Assembly: GCA_963833095.1 (NCBI GenBank) | Contig: CAWHWQ010000005.1 | Span: forward strand, 96,001-160,000 | Length of the DNA stretch: 64,000 bases | From: Vulcanimicrobiota bacterium | Lineage (GTDB): Bacteria > Vulcanimicrobiota > Vulcanimicrobiia > Vulcanimicrobiales > Vulcanimicrobiaceae | Reading direction: 5' to 3' | Shown: positions 29,596 through 39,453 of the stretch, in pieces | Layout of the letters: each line of letters begins with the position of its first letter | Position numbering within the stretch: the first letter of the stretch is position 1 | The notes under the pieces: generated by a model | The model's database searches: none | What the model was told of the DNA's origin: nothing | What the model saw: the letters and a program-made list of their open reading frames with translations, nothing else | Made by a program: the position numbers and the translations under genes

Positions 29596-30614
29596 CCGGC
29601 GCGCAACAGGCGCAGCGTGTGGAACGCGATCATCAGGCTCTCGTCGGTGGGAATCACCAAGGTCGCGACGTCGCATAGATAGTCGATTGCCGCGATAACG
29701 CGGTCGCGAATCGGCGCTGCGTGCTCGCCGATACCGCCGGTAAACACAAGCGTATCGAGGCCGCCAAGTACCGCTATCATCGCACCCAGCTGCTTGGTCA
29801 GTTGATAAACAAAGAGCTCGACGGCATCGCGCGCGGCAGCATTCGTGTTTGCCGCTTCGAGGAGCGTGCGCATGTCGGCGCTCGAGCCCGAGACGCCGAG
29901 CAGCCCGCTGCGATGATAGAGCAGTTCGGTCAACTGCTCGACGTTGTATCGATCCTTGCCGAGCAGCCGCAGCACAACTCCTGGATCCAAATCGCCGGGA
30001 CGCGTGCCCATCATCAATCCACCAAGCGCGGTAAATCCCATCGTCGTATCGATCGGCTCGCCGTCACGTACCGCGCACAGGCTGGCGCCCGAGCCCAGAT
30101 GCGCGATAACCGTTCGCCCCGAGCCCGTAGGTAACTGGGAGACGATGTACTCGTATGAGAGTCCGTGAAAACCGTAGCGCTGCAGCAACGGGTCGAGATC
30201 GTTCGGCAACGGCAGACGATGGGCAATCGCCGGCGATCGCCGATGAAAAGCCGTGTCGAAGCAAAGCACGTTCGGCACGTGCGCCAACGCCAGTGTCACG
30301 GCATACACCAAATCAAGTTCGGCACGCAAATGCAGCGGTTCGATGCTTACGAACGCTTCGATATCGCGCATCACCGCGGTGTCGGCTCGAACGGGCGATT
30401 CGTAGCGCGCTCCACCGAACACAATGCGGTGCCCGACCGCGTCGATGTCGTCGCAATCAACCTGCTTGAGGACCTGCGTCACCAGCGCTTCGGCATCGCC
30501 GCGGGCCGGCAGCGTCCCCGAATGCTCGAGTTGGATCTCGCTCGTTGTTCCGCGCGCGCGATACACGGCAAATTTCAACGATGATGAGCCGCCGTTGAGC
30601 GCGAGCACCTTCAC
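29592..30614 (-). CDS. ackA: Acetate kinase (short, 340 aa)
   Basis: GTG at 30614: KVLALNGGSSSLKF, AVGHRIV.GG, PLH, FDTAFH, RYGFHGLSY, AHLGSGAS, TTMGFT.L.GLMMGTRPGD, FTGGIGEH, IPTDE. Confidence 0.93.
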   Translation of the reverse strand: MKVLALNGGSSSLKFAVYRARGTTSEIQLEHSGTLPARGDAEALVTQVLKQVDCDDIDAVGHRIVFGGARYESPVRADTAVMRDIEAFVSIEPLHLRAELDLVYAVTLALAHVPNVLCFDTAFHRRSPAIAHRLPLPNDLDPLLQRYGFHGLSYEYIVSQLPTGSGRTVIAHLGSGASLCAVRDGEPIDTTMGFTALGGLMMGTRPGDLDPGVVLRLLGKDRYNVEQLTELLYHRSGLLGVSGSSADMRTLLEAANTNAAARDAVELFVYQLTKQLGAMIAVLGGLDTLVFTGGIGEHAAPIRDRVIAAIDYLCDVATLVIPTDESLMIAFHTLRLLRAG

Positions 30615-30622
30615 ATCTGGCT

Positions 30623-30952
30623 TCAGAACGCGCAAGCTCCCGTCGTAAATCGCATGTCGTCCCGCGTCTCGAGTGAAAAGCTGTCGCTGTGTGACGGGAC
30701 GGCGTCGATAATGAACTGCATGTGTTCGCCCCACTGCGTGAGTTGCTTGGCGCCGATATAGAACGGCGTGTCCTCGATCGTTCCGAGCAAGACGTCGTTC
30801 GCTCCCACGCGGAAGTCGCCTCGCTTGTAACACATCGGGGCACTGCCTTCGCAGCATCCTCCCGACTGATGGAAGATCAAGGGCCCATGAATATGCTTCA
30901 GCCGCCGCACAAGGGCGGCGGCTGAAGGTGTGAACACAACACGTTCGGGCAC
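30623..30952 (-). CDS. DUF779-family protein (aldehyde dehydrogenase-associated)
   Basis: HGPLIFHQSGGCCEGSAPMCY...F.VG..DVLLG; follows the ALDH gene. Confidence 0.88.
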   Translation of the reverse strand: MPERVVFTPSAAALVRRLKHIHGPLIFHQSGGCCEGSAPMCYKRGDFRVGANDVLLGTIEDTPFYIGAKQLTQWGEHMQFIIDAVPSHSDSFSLETRDDMRFTTGACAF

Positions 30953-32499
30953 TAGAAGAGTCCCAGGGCCTTATCGCTATAGCTGACCAGCAAGTTCTTG
31001 GTTTGCTGGTAGGCTTCGAGATCCGATTTGTAGGTCTCGCGGCCGAACCCGGACTGCTTATAGCCTCCGAACGCGGCACCTGCCGGATAGAGATGGTAGC
31101 AATTGGTCCATACGCGCCCGGCCTGAATCTCGCGTCCGACGCGATACGCGTTGGTGCCGTTGCGACTCCACACGCCGGCGCCCAAACCGTAGAGCGTGTC
31201 ATTGCCGATCTCGATCGCTTCGTCGACGTTTTTGAAGCTCGTCACCGAAAGCACCGGCCCGAAGATCTCCTCTTGGAAGATTCGCATCTTGTTGTTGCCG
31301 GCGAACACGGTGGGCTTGACGTAGTAACCGCCTTTGATGTCGGCGCCCACGTTGGCCAGGCCTCCGCCCGTGAGGCATGTCGCCCCTTCTTGCTTGCCGA
31401 TGTCGATGTAGCGCAGAATTTTTTCGAGTTGATCCTTGGAGTTTTGCGGCCCCATCATCGTGGCGGGATCGAGCGGATTACCGACCACGATCTTTTCGAC
31501 GCGTTTGATCGCGCGTTCGAGAAACCGATCGTAGATCGACTCTTGGATTAGCGCGCGCGACGGGCACGTGCACACTTCGCCTTTGTTGAAAGCGAAAAGC
31601 GCAAAGCCCTCGAGCGCCTTGTCCAGGTACGAATCATCGGCATCCATGACGTCGCCGAGGAAGATGTTTGGCGATTTGCCTCCCAGTTCCAGCGTCATCG
31701 GAATGAGGTTTTGCGAGGCATACTGCATGATGAGCCGCCCGGTCGTCGTTTCACCGGTGAATGCCACCTTGGCTATGCGCGGATTCGCCGCCAGCGCTTC
31801 CCCGATCTCCGACCCTTTACCGTTGACGACGTTCAAGACGCCCGCGGGTACGATGTCGGCGATCAATTGCATCAGCACCATTACGCTGAAGGGCGTTTCG
31901 GAGGCCGGCTTGAGGATCACGCAGTTGCCCGCCGCTAGCGCCGGGCAGAGTTTCCACGCAGCCATGAGTAAAGGGAAGTTCCACGGAATGATCTGTGCGA
32001 CCACGCCGAGAGGTTCGCGGAAGTGATACGCGACGGTTTCGTCGTCGAGCTGCGTTAGCGCGCCCTCTTCGGCTCGTAGGCATGCCGCGAAATACCGGAA
32101 GTGATCGGCTGCAAGCGGGACGTCGGCCCCAAGCGTTTCGCGAATAGGCTTTCCGTTGTCCATCGTCTCGACGCGAGCCAGTACCTGGAGGTTTTCATCG
32201 ATTCGATCCGCGATCGCGTTGAGGACCGCGGCGCGCTTCGCAGGCGAGGTCTTCCCCCATGCTCGCTTTGCCGCATGAGCGGCGTCCAGCGCGAGTTCGA
32301 TGTCCTTGGGACTCGAACGCGCAAATTCGGCAAGCGGCAGGCCGTTGATCGGGCTGGTATCGACGATATAGCGACCGTCGACCGGCGGCACGAATTTGCC
32401 ACCGATGAAGTTATCGTAACGCGGCTTGAGGCAATCGCGTTCGCGCACGAAGGCGAGTGCATCTTGGAACAGATCGCGCGTTTGGGTTGAGGTGGACAC
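30952..32499 (-). CDS. aldB: Acetaldehyde dehydrogenase (AldB/ExaC/AcoD family)
   Basis: [71 protein letters not shown]. Confidence 0.92.
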   Translation of the reverse strand: MSTSTQTRDLFQDALAFVRERDCLKPRYDNFIGGKFVPPVDGRYIVDTSPINGLPLAEFARSSPKDIELALDAAHAAKRAWGKTSPAKRAAVLNAIADRIDENLQVLARVETMDNGKPIRETLGADVPLAADHFRYFAACLRAEEGALTQLDDETVAYHFREPLGVVAQIIPWNFPLLMAAWKLCPALAAGNCVILKPASETPFSVMVLMQLIADIVPAGVLNVVNGKGSEIGEALAANPRIAKVAFTGETTTGRLIMQYASQNLIPMTLELGGKSPNIFLGDVMDADDSYLDKALEGFALFAFNKGEVCTCPSRALIQESIYDRFLERAIKRVEKIVVGNPLDPATMMGPQNSKDQLEKILRYIDIGKQEGATCLTGGGLANVGADIKGGYYVKPTVFAGNNKMRIFQEEIFGPVLSVTSFKNVDEAIEIGNDTLYGLGAGVWSRNGTNAYRVGREIQAGRVWTNCYHLYPAGAAFGGYKQSGFGRETYKSDLEAYQQTKNLLVSYSDKALGLF

Positions 32500-32527
32500 T
32501 AGAGTCTCCTTCGGTTTTTCTAAAAAG

Positions 32528-33631
32528 CTACTTGAAAAGAATCAGCGGTTTTAGAACGCCGTCGAGCTTACGATCCATGATGTCGAAGGCTTTGGCCATA
32601 TCGCTGAAGTCAAAGGTGTGCGTCGTCAATTTTGTTGGATCGACGGTGCCTTGCTCGAGCAGGCGCAAAAGACGCTTCATTCGCAAACTGCCACCCGGAC
32701 AAAGTCCGGTACGAATCGTCTTGTCGGCCATCCCGACGCCCCACGCGACGCGGGGAATCTGTACGTAGTCGCCTGACCCGTGATAGCCAATGTTGGAGAT
32801 GGTGCCACCGGGCTTGGTTACATCAACGCACCATTCGAAGGTCTGCTGCGCACCGAGTGCTTCGATCGCCGTGTCGACGCCGATGCCGCCCGTTTCCGCT
32901 AGGATCCGCGCGACGGGATCTTCTTTCTTGAAATCGACGACGAGATGCGCGCCATATGCTTTTGCCAGCTCGGCGCGCTTAGGATCGGTCTCGACGGCAA
33001 TAATGAGCCCGGCTCCGCGAAGCTTAGCACCGACCGTCGCCATCAGACCCACGGGTCCTTGCGCGAAAATCGCGACCGTGCCGCCGATCGGAATATTGCC
33101 GTGCTCGGCGCCAAGAAAGCCGGTCGAGAGCATATCGGCACAGTAGACGGCCTGCTCTGACGTAACGCTCTCGGGAATGATCGCCATATTGGCGTCGGCC
33201 TCGTTGACGTGGAAGTATTCGGCGAAGACGCCGTCCTTCACGTTGGCGAATTTCCAACCGGCGAGCGCGCCGCCGGACTGCGACGAGTAGCCGTTTTGCG
33301 CTTCCTGCGAGCCCCAATCGGGGGTGATTGCGCCGACGACCACGCGATCGCCGATCTTGAACTGTTTGACCTCCGCGCCGACCGCGTGCACGATGCCGAC
33401 GGCCTCGTGCCCGAGCGTCAGGTTCTCGCGCGGGCCAACAGCACCGCGTACGGTGTGGGAGTCTGACGTACAGATAAGCGCATGCGTCGTCTTGACGATC
33501 GCATCATTCGGGCCGGGCTGCGGAATAGGTTTGACCAAGAACCCGGTATGCTCGAGGCTGAGCATACAGAAAGCCTTCATCGTCGCTACCGGCGCTTGCG
33601 GTCGCGGCTTTTCGAGTTGTGTTTGAATCAC
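32528..33631 (-). CDS. Zn-dependent secondary (isopropanol-type) alcohol dehydrogenase
   Basis: [71 protein letters not shown], as in Thermoanaerobacter/Clostridium secondary ADH. Confidence 0.9.
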   Translation of the reverse strand: MIQTQLEKPRPQAPVATMKAFCMLSLEHTGFLVKPIPQPGPNDAIVKTTHALICTSDSHTVRGAVGPRENLTLGHEAVGIVHAVGAEVKQFKIGDRVVVGAITPDWGSQEAQNGYSSQSGGALAGWKFANVKDGVFAEYFHVNEADANMAIIPESVTSEQAVYCADMLSTGFLGAEHGNIPIGGTVAIFAQGPVGLMATVGAKLRGAGLIIAVETDPKRAELAKAYGAHLVVDFKKEDPVARILAETGGIGVDTAIEALGAQQTFEWCVDVTKPGGTISNIGYHGSGDYVQIPRVAWGVGMADKTIRTGLCPGGSLRMKRLLRLLEQGTVDPTKLTTHTFDFSDMAKAFDIMDRKLDGVLKPLILFK

Positions 33632-33727
33632 TGCAAATTCTCCTTAACAGAGCATCTCCAGTGTAGGCGCGAGAACGGGAAGAACGAGGAAGGCCGTTCT
33701 CGGTTCCTTCCCATTCGGAACTGCGCC

Positions 33728-35002
33728 TTATGTCTTGATGAACCACGACGCGACCGTCCCGGCCGCGCTAGCGAGCATGAGGACGAACGCTAGCCAGAGC
33801 CATACGCGAGCGCTTCGCGAGACGACTTTGTCCTTGAGCACGCGGGGGTCGCTTGCAATGCGGATGATCGCGTAGATCAGCGGGACCGCCGCGACGCCGT
33901 TGAACACCGCCGACCAGAACAACGCTTTGATCGGATCGACGTGGACCACGCCCATGAGCGTGCCGGCCACAACACCGAGGATGATAATGCCGTAGAATCC
34001 GCGCGCGCGCCACGGCTTGACGTCGAGCCCTTCGCGCAATCCCAAGAGTTCGGAAAACATGTACGCCGACGAACCGGCCAGCACCGGGACTGCGAGTAAT
34101 CCGGTCCCGACGATCCCAAGGGTAAAGAGCGCATAGGCGAAGTTTCCGGCCAGCGGACGCAGCGCTTCCGCGGCTTGTTGCGCTGTTGCAATGTTGGCCG
34201 AGCCGTGTGCGCCAATCGTCGATGCAGTGGTCACGATGATGAAAAACATCACCAGATTTGAAAAAATCGCGCCCGTGTTGGCGTCCGCATGAAGGTCGCC
34301 GAGCGAACGCGATTCCAGGTGCGCGTCCTTCTTGCGTGCTTGACGCTCCTCCGCGGTCATTGACGTCTGCCAAAAGAAGAGATATGGCGTAATCGTCGTT
34401 CCGAGCGCGGCCGTAAGCGTCGTCAGCCAGGCGGCATTCCAGCGAACGTGCGGGACAATGGTATTCAAAAGCACGGTCGGCCAATGCGGATGGACGATGA
34501 ACGCGGTGACCACGTAGGCGAGCAGTGAGGCGCACAGCCATTTCATCACATTCGCGAAAGAACGATACTTGAAAAAAACCTCGGCGACGATCACGACCGC
34601 AGCGAAGAAGACCAACCATAGCGTTTGCGGCAAGCGCACGAGCAGATGCGCTGCGGCGGCCATCGCGTCGAGGTCCGCACCGATGTTGAACGTGTTGGCC
34701 AGCCCGACAAGGACTGCAAGCGCTAGGGCAAGCGGCCGCGGCATGCTCCGGGCCAGCGACGACATCAACCCCGCCCCGGTCACGAAGCCAATGCGCGCGC
34801 ACGTGCCGTCGATGACCGCCATCATCGGCGTGGTAATAACGGCCGTCCACAGCATCGAGAACCCAGTCGATGCGCCGGTGATTGAGTAGGTCGCGATTCC
34901 CGAAGGATCGTCGTCGGCTGCGCCGGTGATCAGTCCGGGGCCCAGTGACTTTGCCCAATGTACAATACGGCGCCGGACGTCGGGATTCGCTCGGGTCGTC
35001 AT
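33728..35002 (-). CDS. NRAMP-related divalent metal cation transporter
   Basis: LGPGLITGAADDDPSGIATYS, NTFNIGADL, LGTTITPYLFFWQ, AAEALRPLAG, GLLAVPVLAGS. Confidence 0.9.
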   Translation of the reverse strand: MTTRANPDVRRRIVHWAKSLGPGLITGAADDDPSGIATYSITGASTGFSMLWTAVITTPMMAVIDGTCARIGFVTGAGLMSSLARSMPRPLALALAVLVGLANTFNIGADLDAMAAAAHLLVRLPQTLWLVFFAAVVIVAEVFFKYRSFANVMKWLCASLLAYVVTAFIVHPHWPTVLLNTIVPHVRWNAAWLTTLTAALGTTITPYLFFWQTSMTAEERQARKKDAHLESRSLGDLHADANTGAIFSNLVMFFIIVTTASTIGAHGSANIATAQQAAEALRPLAGNFAYALFTLGIVGTGLLAVPVLAGSSAYMFSELLGLREGLDVKPWRARGFYGIIILGVVAGTLMGVVHVDPIKALFWSAVFNGVAAVPLIYAIIRIASDPRVLKDKVVSRSARVWLWLAFVLMLASAAGTVASWFIKT

Positions 35003-35050
35003 TCCGTAGTTCTTCCCTTCAGCTTCTTATCCACACGGCATGATGGCCTC

Positions 35051-35530
35051 ATGGCACGACTACATCAGCGCCGCTACCTCAAATGTCCGTACAATCGCGC
35101 GCGCGATTTGCTCGCGGAGTCGATTGCGGATGCGCTCCAAAGGGGCGACGGGCGCCTCTTACACTTAAACTTCGCGTTTCCCGCCGTGATGAGCGTGGAG
35201 CTGGGCAAGGATGTCATCGTCAGCGTCAAGCCGGTCGCGGATCCCATGCACTTCGACGAACCGTGGAATCTGCACTGGGCACCCGTTAGCGGTTTATACC
35301 CGGTTTTCGACGGGATTCTCACCATTCGGGCTGACGAATCCTACGCAAGCGCGATACTCGAACTGGAAGGTACGTACGAGCCGCCGCTCGGGCTTGCCGG
35401 GATGATCTTCGATGCGGTACTCGGTCAGCGCATCGCGCACGAAACGGCACGCGAACTCTTACGCAAGCTCGCCGCAACGATCGAAACGCGATACCGCGTG
35501 ACCGAAGACGAAAAAACGCCGGCGCCCTAG
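35051..35530 (+). CDS. Uncharacterised SRPBCC/START-like protein, paralog 2
   Basis: Start MARLHQ at 35051; HWAP...YPVFDGILT...LEGTYEPPLGLAG.IFDAVLGQRIA..TARELL. Confidence 0.78.
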   Translation: MARLHQRRYLKCPYNRARDLLAESIADALQRGDGRLLHLNFAFPAVMSVELGKDVIVSVKPVADPMHFDEPWNLHWAPVSGLYPVFDGILTIRADESYASAILELEGTYEPPLGLAGMIFDAVLGQRIAHETARELLRKLAATIETRYRVTEDEKTPAP

Positions 35531-36213
35531 GCTTTGCGCATCTTGTAGCCGACGCCGTACACCGTCAGCACGAAGGTCGGTTCGTGCACGTTCGGCTCGA
35601 TTTTTCGGCGCAGGTTGTTGATGTGACGATCGAGGGTCCGCTCGAAAATCGAACCGTCATCACTGAGTTTATCGAGCAGTTGCGAACGCGTTAGCGCGAC
35701 CCCGGCGTTAAGCGCCAACACTTCGAGAAGACGAAATTCCGATGGTGTCAATTGGGTGGGCCGGTTGCCGATGCGCACCTCGTGCGCTTCACCGTCGATC
35801 TCTAAGTCCCCGATGCGAATAATCGAATGCGCACCGCGCGTTTCGGCAGTCGTGCGCGTGCGACGCAAGACCGCCCGAACACGTGCGACCACTTCGCGCG
35901 GCGAAAACGGCTTGGTGACGTAGTCATCGGCACCGATCTCGAGCCCGACAATCCGATCCACCTCGTCGGCGCGCGCCGTGACCACGATTGCCGGGATCCC
36001 GCGGTCGCGCACATCGCGAAGGATGTCGAGTCCGCTACCGTCCGGGAGGGCGACGTCGAGCAACATTAGATCCGGGCGGTTCGCCGCGAGCGCTGCACCT
36101 GCCTCAGCCACCGTGGTGCAGACCGTCGTGGCGAACCCTTCAGCCCGAAGATATTCCGCCAGAACCTCGCCGATCTGCGCCTCATCCTCAACGATCAAGA
36201 TCGTGTCTGCCAC
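35527..36213 (-). CDS. OmpR/PhoB-family response regulator (no adjacent kinase)
   Basis: GTG 36213 with GGAGG RBS; ILIVEDE, DLMLLDVALP, GLEIGADDYVTKPFSPRE, LTPSEF, RTLDRHINNLRRKIE, TVYGVGYK. Confidence 0.93.
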   Translation of the reverse strand: MADTILIVEDEAQIGEVLAEYLRAEGFATTVCTTVAEAGAALAANRPDLMLLDVALPDGSGLDILRDVRDRGIPAIVVTARADEVDRIVGLEIGADDYVTKPFSPREVVARVRAVLRRTRTTAETRGAHSIIRIGDLEIDGEAHEVRIGNRPTQLTPSEFRLLEVLALNAGVALTRSQLLDKLSDDGSIFERTLDRHINNLRRKIEPNVHEPTFVLTVYGVGYKMRKA

Positions 36214-36288
36214 GCGCCCTCCGAATGTTCCAGATCCCAAGAAGAGACCTTCCTCAAATACGCGCGAGCGGCCCGCTACCTTGGTTTT

Positions 36289-36414
36289 ATGAGCACAGAA
36301 GGCGACCGCGGGGACACGCCGCTCCCCGGAACGTTGACGTTCGTCCTTGGCGTGGGCGTAGCTTTTCTCATCGGATGGTTCGCGTTATTCGTCCTTCTTG
36401 CGGAGCGGTGGTAA
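36289..36414 (+). CDS. cbaD: ba3-type oxidase subunit IIa (41 aa, absent from the ORF track)
   Basis: MSTEGDRGDTPLPGTLTFVLGVGVAFLIGWFALFVLLAERW: single TM with a GTL...W...R pattern; ends 1 nt before cbaB. Confidence 0.75.
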   Translation: MSTEGDRGDTPLPGTLTFVLGVGVAFLIGWFALFVLLAERW

Positions 36415-36415
36415 A

Positions 36416-36883
36416 GTGCACGTTCACCGCTACGAACGCTGGTGGATGCTCTTCGGAATAATTATGCTCGTTTTGTTCATGGCGACGATTTTCGTAGCGG
36501 CATTCGCGGACAACATCAATCCACCCGACGGATCCCAAACGATCGATCCGGCGAAAGTCAACACGACGCCGCCGTTCGACCACCCCGGGTTGCGCAACCT
36601 CGGTAACGGGCGCTATGAGGCCTATTACGTCGCGTCGGTCTTCATGTTCACGCCCGCGAAGCTGCAGATTCCCGTCGGCGCAAACGTGACGTTCTACGTC
36701 ACCAGCTCTGACGTGGTTCATGGTTTCGAAATCGCGCAGACCGATGTCAACGCGATGGCGATTCCCGGGTGGGTAAACAGCACGAGTCATACGTTCCGCA
36801 CGGCCGGAACCTATCTGCTGGTGTGCAACGAGTACTGCGGCATTGGGCACCAAAACATGTACGGCACGATCGAGGTTAAATGA
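36416..36883 (+). CDS. cbaB: ba3-type (family B) heme-copper oxidase subunit II
   Basis: MHVHRYER.W, single TM, CuA ligands DVVHGF...CNEYCGIGHQNM. Confidence 0.92.
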   Translation: MHVHRYERWWMLFGIIMLVLFMATIFVAAFADNINPPDGSQTIDPAKVNTTPPFDHPGLRNLGNGRYEAYYVASVFMFTPAKLQIPVGANVTFYVTSSDVVHGFEIAQTDVNAMAIPGWVNSTSHTFRTAGTYLLVCNEYCGIGHQNMYGTIEVK

Positions 36884-38517
36884 TGCGAGCAAGCGCGTCT
36901 TTGGAGGCCCAGAACCGCGTCGTTCTGGCCCACATTTACACCGCAACGATCGCGGTGTGCCTTGGCGCCGTCTTTGGCGTATTGCAAGGTTTTTCGCGTG
37001 CCGGCGCGATCGACGCGCCCGCGTGGTTCGACTATTACCGGATGTTGACCGCGCACGGCGTGCTGATGGCACTCGTCTTTACGACATTCTTTATCACGGG
37101 CTTCACGCTCTTTGCCACCTATCGGACGATTGCGCGCCCGGACCGCAGGCAAGCAGTTGGGTGGATCGGCTGGTGGATGATGCTGCTCGGCACCGCTACC
37201 GCCGCGATCACGATTTTGAGCGGCAATGCGACGGTGCTCTATACGTTTTATGCACCCCTCAAGGCAAGCCCCGCGTTTTATCTCGGCGCTACGCTGCTCG
37301 TGCTTGGGACGTGGGTCGTCGCCTTCGAGATATTCGAAAACGCCTATTACTATCGCCGGAATAACCCTGGGAAGCCGCTTCCCCTTCCGGTCTTCATGGC
37401 GTCCGCAACGTTCCTGATGTGGATCATCGCCACGCTGGGCGTCGTCGCCGAGATGGCGTTGCTCATTCCATGGTCGTTCGGCTGGACGCCCGGCGTCAAC
37501 GTCATGCTCACGCGCATGTTGTTCTGGTACTTCGGGCATCCGCTCGTGTACTTCTGGATCATGGGTGCATACATCATTTGGTATACGGTCATACCCACGC
37601 GATACGCTGGAAATATTTTCAGCGACGGGCTTGCGCGCCTCACGTTCCTGATGTTGTTGCTACTTTCTACGCCCGTCGGCATCCACCATGAGTTCACCGA
37701 GCCCGGCATCGCCTCGAATTGGAAGCTCTTGCACATGGTGATGACCTACGGCGTCGCGATCCCGTCGTTCCTCACCGCTTTTGCGATCTTCGCCTCGTTC
37801 GAATTGGCTGCGATCAAGCAGGGCAAACGCGGCTTCGTTGCGACCGTCCGTTCGCTTCCGTGGAATGACCCGTTCTTCTCGGCCGCCGGATACGGCATGC
37901 TGCTCTTTATCCTCGGCGGATTCGGCGGCATGGTGAACGCCTCGTACAGCATGGATACGTTGGTGCACAACACGATCTGGATCGTCGGCCACTTCCATGT
38001 CACCGTCGGCGGCCCCGTCGCGCTGACGTTCATTGGCGCGACCTACTGGCTGATCCCACGGCTCACAGGGCGTGAACTGTGGGGCCGCAGCATCGCGCTC
38101 TGGCAAACGCGCTTGTGGTTCATCGGCATGCTGGTGATGTCGCTTTCGATGCACTATGCCGGATTGCTCGGCGCGCCACGCCGAACTGCGTCCGTTGCCT
38201 ACGCGGGCGCGTCGGTCGCTCAGTCCTGGGAGCCCGCGATGTTGCTCGCCGCGGCAGGCGGGGCGATTCTTTTCATCAGCATCTGCTTCTTTGCCGCCGT
38301 CGCGATCGGCACGTTGTTCCAAAACGAGAAGACGCACGATATGAGCGCCGATTTCGCCGTCGCGGCGCCTGGGAGCGAGCGCGCTCCGGCGATGTTCGAA
38401 CACCTCTTCCGTTGGGGCCTCGTTGCGCTTATCCTAGCCATTCTCGCCTACAGCGGTCCGTTCATCGAACTCTTTCATAGCAACGCGTTCCTCGCACCCG
38501 GCATGCGCACGTGGTAA
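36880..38517 (+). CDS. cbaA: ba3-type (family B) heme-copper oxidase subunit I
   Basis: YY..LTAHGVL, VLYTFYAPL, FWYFGHPLVYFW, GIHHEF, VHNT.WI.GHFH, LGAPRRT. Confidence 0.93.
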   Translation: MMRASASLEAQNRVVLAHIYTATIAVCLGAVFGVLQGFSRAGAIDAPAWFDYYRMLTAHGVLMALVFTTFFITGFTLFATYRTIARPDRRQAVGWIGWWMMLLGTATAAITILSGNATVLYTFYAPLKASPAFYLGATLLVLGTWVVAFEIFENAYYYRRNNPGKPLPLPVFMASATFLMWIIATLGVVAEMALLIPWSFGWTPGVNVMLTRMLFWYFGHPLVYFWIMGAYIIWYTVIPTRYAGNIFSDGLARLTFLMLLLLSTPVGIHHEFTEPGIASNWKLLHMVMTYGVAIPSFLTAFAIFASFELAAIKQGKRGFVATVRSLPWNDPFFSAAGYGMLLFILGGFGGMVNASYSMDTLVHNTIWIVGHFHVTVGGPVALTFIGATYWLIPRLTGRELWGRSIALWQTRLWFIGMLVMSLSMHYAGLLGAPRRTASVAYAGASVAQSWEPAMLLAAAGGAILFISICFFAAVAIGTLFQNEKTHDMSADFAVAAPGSERAPAMFEHLFRWGLVALILAILAYSGPFIELFHSNAFLAPGMRTW

Positions 38518-38536
38518 TCGCAAAAGGAGACACATC

Positions 38537-39028
38537 ATGTTCACTACCATTCTCGTCGCCGTCGACGAATCCGATGCGTCCGGCACGGCACTCGATCTCG
38601 CGCGTCGCCTCGCCAAAGAAGACACCGCGAACCTGCTCTTAGTCAACGTCGTCGACGTTTCCAAGTACCTCCTCGTCTGCGGCTACGAGACGCCTTACCC
38701 GGTCGACACGATCCAGGTGATGCGAGACGCCGGCGCCGATATGCTCGGTGCCGCAAAGGCGCAGTGCGAGGCCGACGGCGTATCTGCGGAAACCGTCGCA
38801 GCCGAAGGCGACACATGCGACGAGATCCTGCGCATCGCAGGCGACAACCGCGTTGGACTGATTTGCATGGGTACGCACGGGCGAAAAGGTCTTGCCCATC
38901 TCTTCGTCGGTAGCGTTGCCGAGGGCATCCTGCGCCGCGCGAACGTGCCGGTCATTGTGACGCGCCCGGCCCAAAAACACGCGCACGACATCGACCGCCG
39001 CACGACTGCAGCGGTCACGGCAGCATAA
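38537..39028 (+). CDS. Universal stress protein
   Basis: ILVAVDES..S..AL, ATP-binding G-2x-G-9x-GS motif MGTHGRKGLAHLFVGSVAE, PVIV; AGGAG RBS. Confidence 0.92.
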   Translation: MFTTILVAVDESDASGTALDLARRLAKEDTANLLLVNVVDVSKYLLVCGYETPYPVDTIQVMRDAGADMLGAAKAQCEADGVSAETVAAEGDTCDEILRIAGDNRVGLICMGTHGRKGLAHLFVGSVAEGILRRANVPVIVTRPAQKHAHDIDRRTTAAVTAA

Positions 39029-39033
39029 GCGAC

Positions 39034-39453
39034 GTGCACCCCGGCAACCGAATCATTCGGGTGGACGCGTTCGCTCGGTGTCCATTCTCCGATGCGATCG
39101 AGCGGGCAGAGGCCTTCCTTGCGCAAGCGGCGGAGCGCGGACGCATCCAGGAATTGATCGTCGAAAGCGAAGTCAACGCGCTCGTCGTCGAGGATTATAC
39201 CGATAGCGTACGGCGCCACGAGGCGCTGGAGTTTCACTGGCGTCCGCGTTCCTCGCTATTCCCCGACGGTCACGCTCTTCTAACCGTGCGCCCTCACGCG
39301 CCGCAAGGCGCGCAATTGCAGCTCAGCATCGCGTATACGCCGCCATTCGGCGGTGCCGGCCGGCTGTTCGACGCGTGCATCGGACGACACATCGCATGGA
39401 TTACAACCGGCCTGCTCCTGCGCCGTCTGCGACGCGAAGTCGAGCGGCTATAG
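39034..39453 (+). CDS. Uncharacterised SRPBCC/START-like protein, paralog 3
   Basis: CPFS N-terminus; HWRP...FP....LTVRP...YTPPFGGAGRLFD..IGRHIA..T..LL. Confidence 0.75.
   Translation: MHPGNRIIRVDAFARCPFSDAIERAEAFLAQAAERGRIQELIVESEVNALVVEDYTDSVRRHEALEFHWRPRSSLFPDGHALLTVRPHAPQGAQLQLSIAYTPPFGGAGRLFDACIGRHIAWITTGLLLRRLRREVERL

Noticed and set aside
29592..31202. 536-aa ORF suggesting an acetate kinase fusion
   Set aside because: The upstream part overlaps DUF779 and ALDH in another frame; AckA homology begins at 30614.
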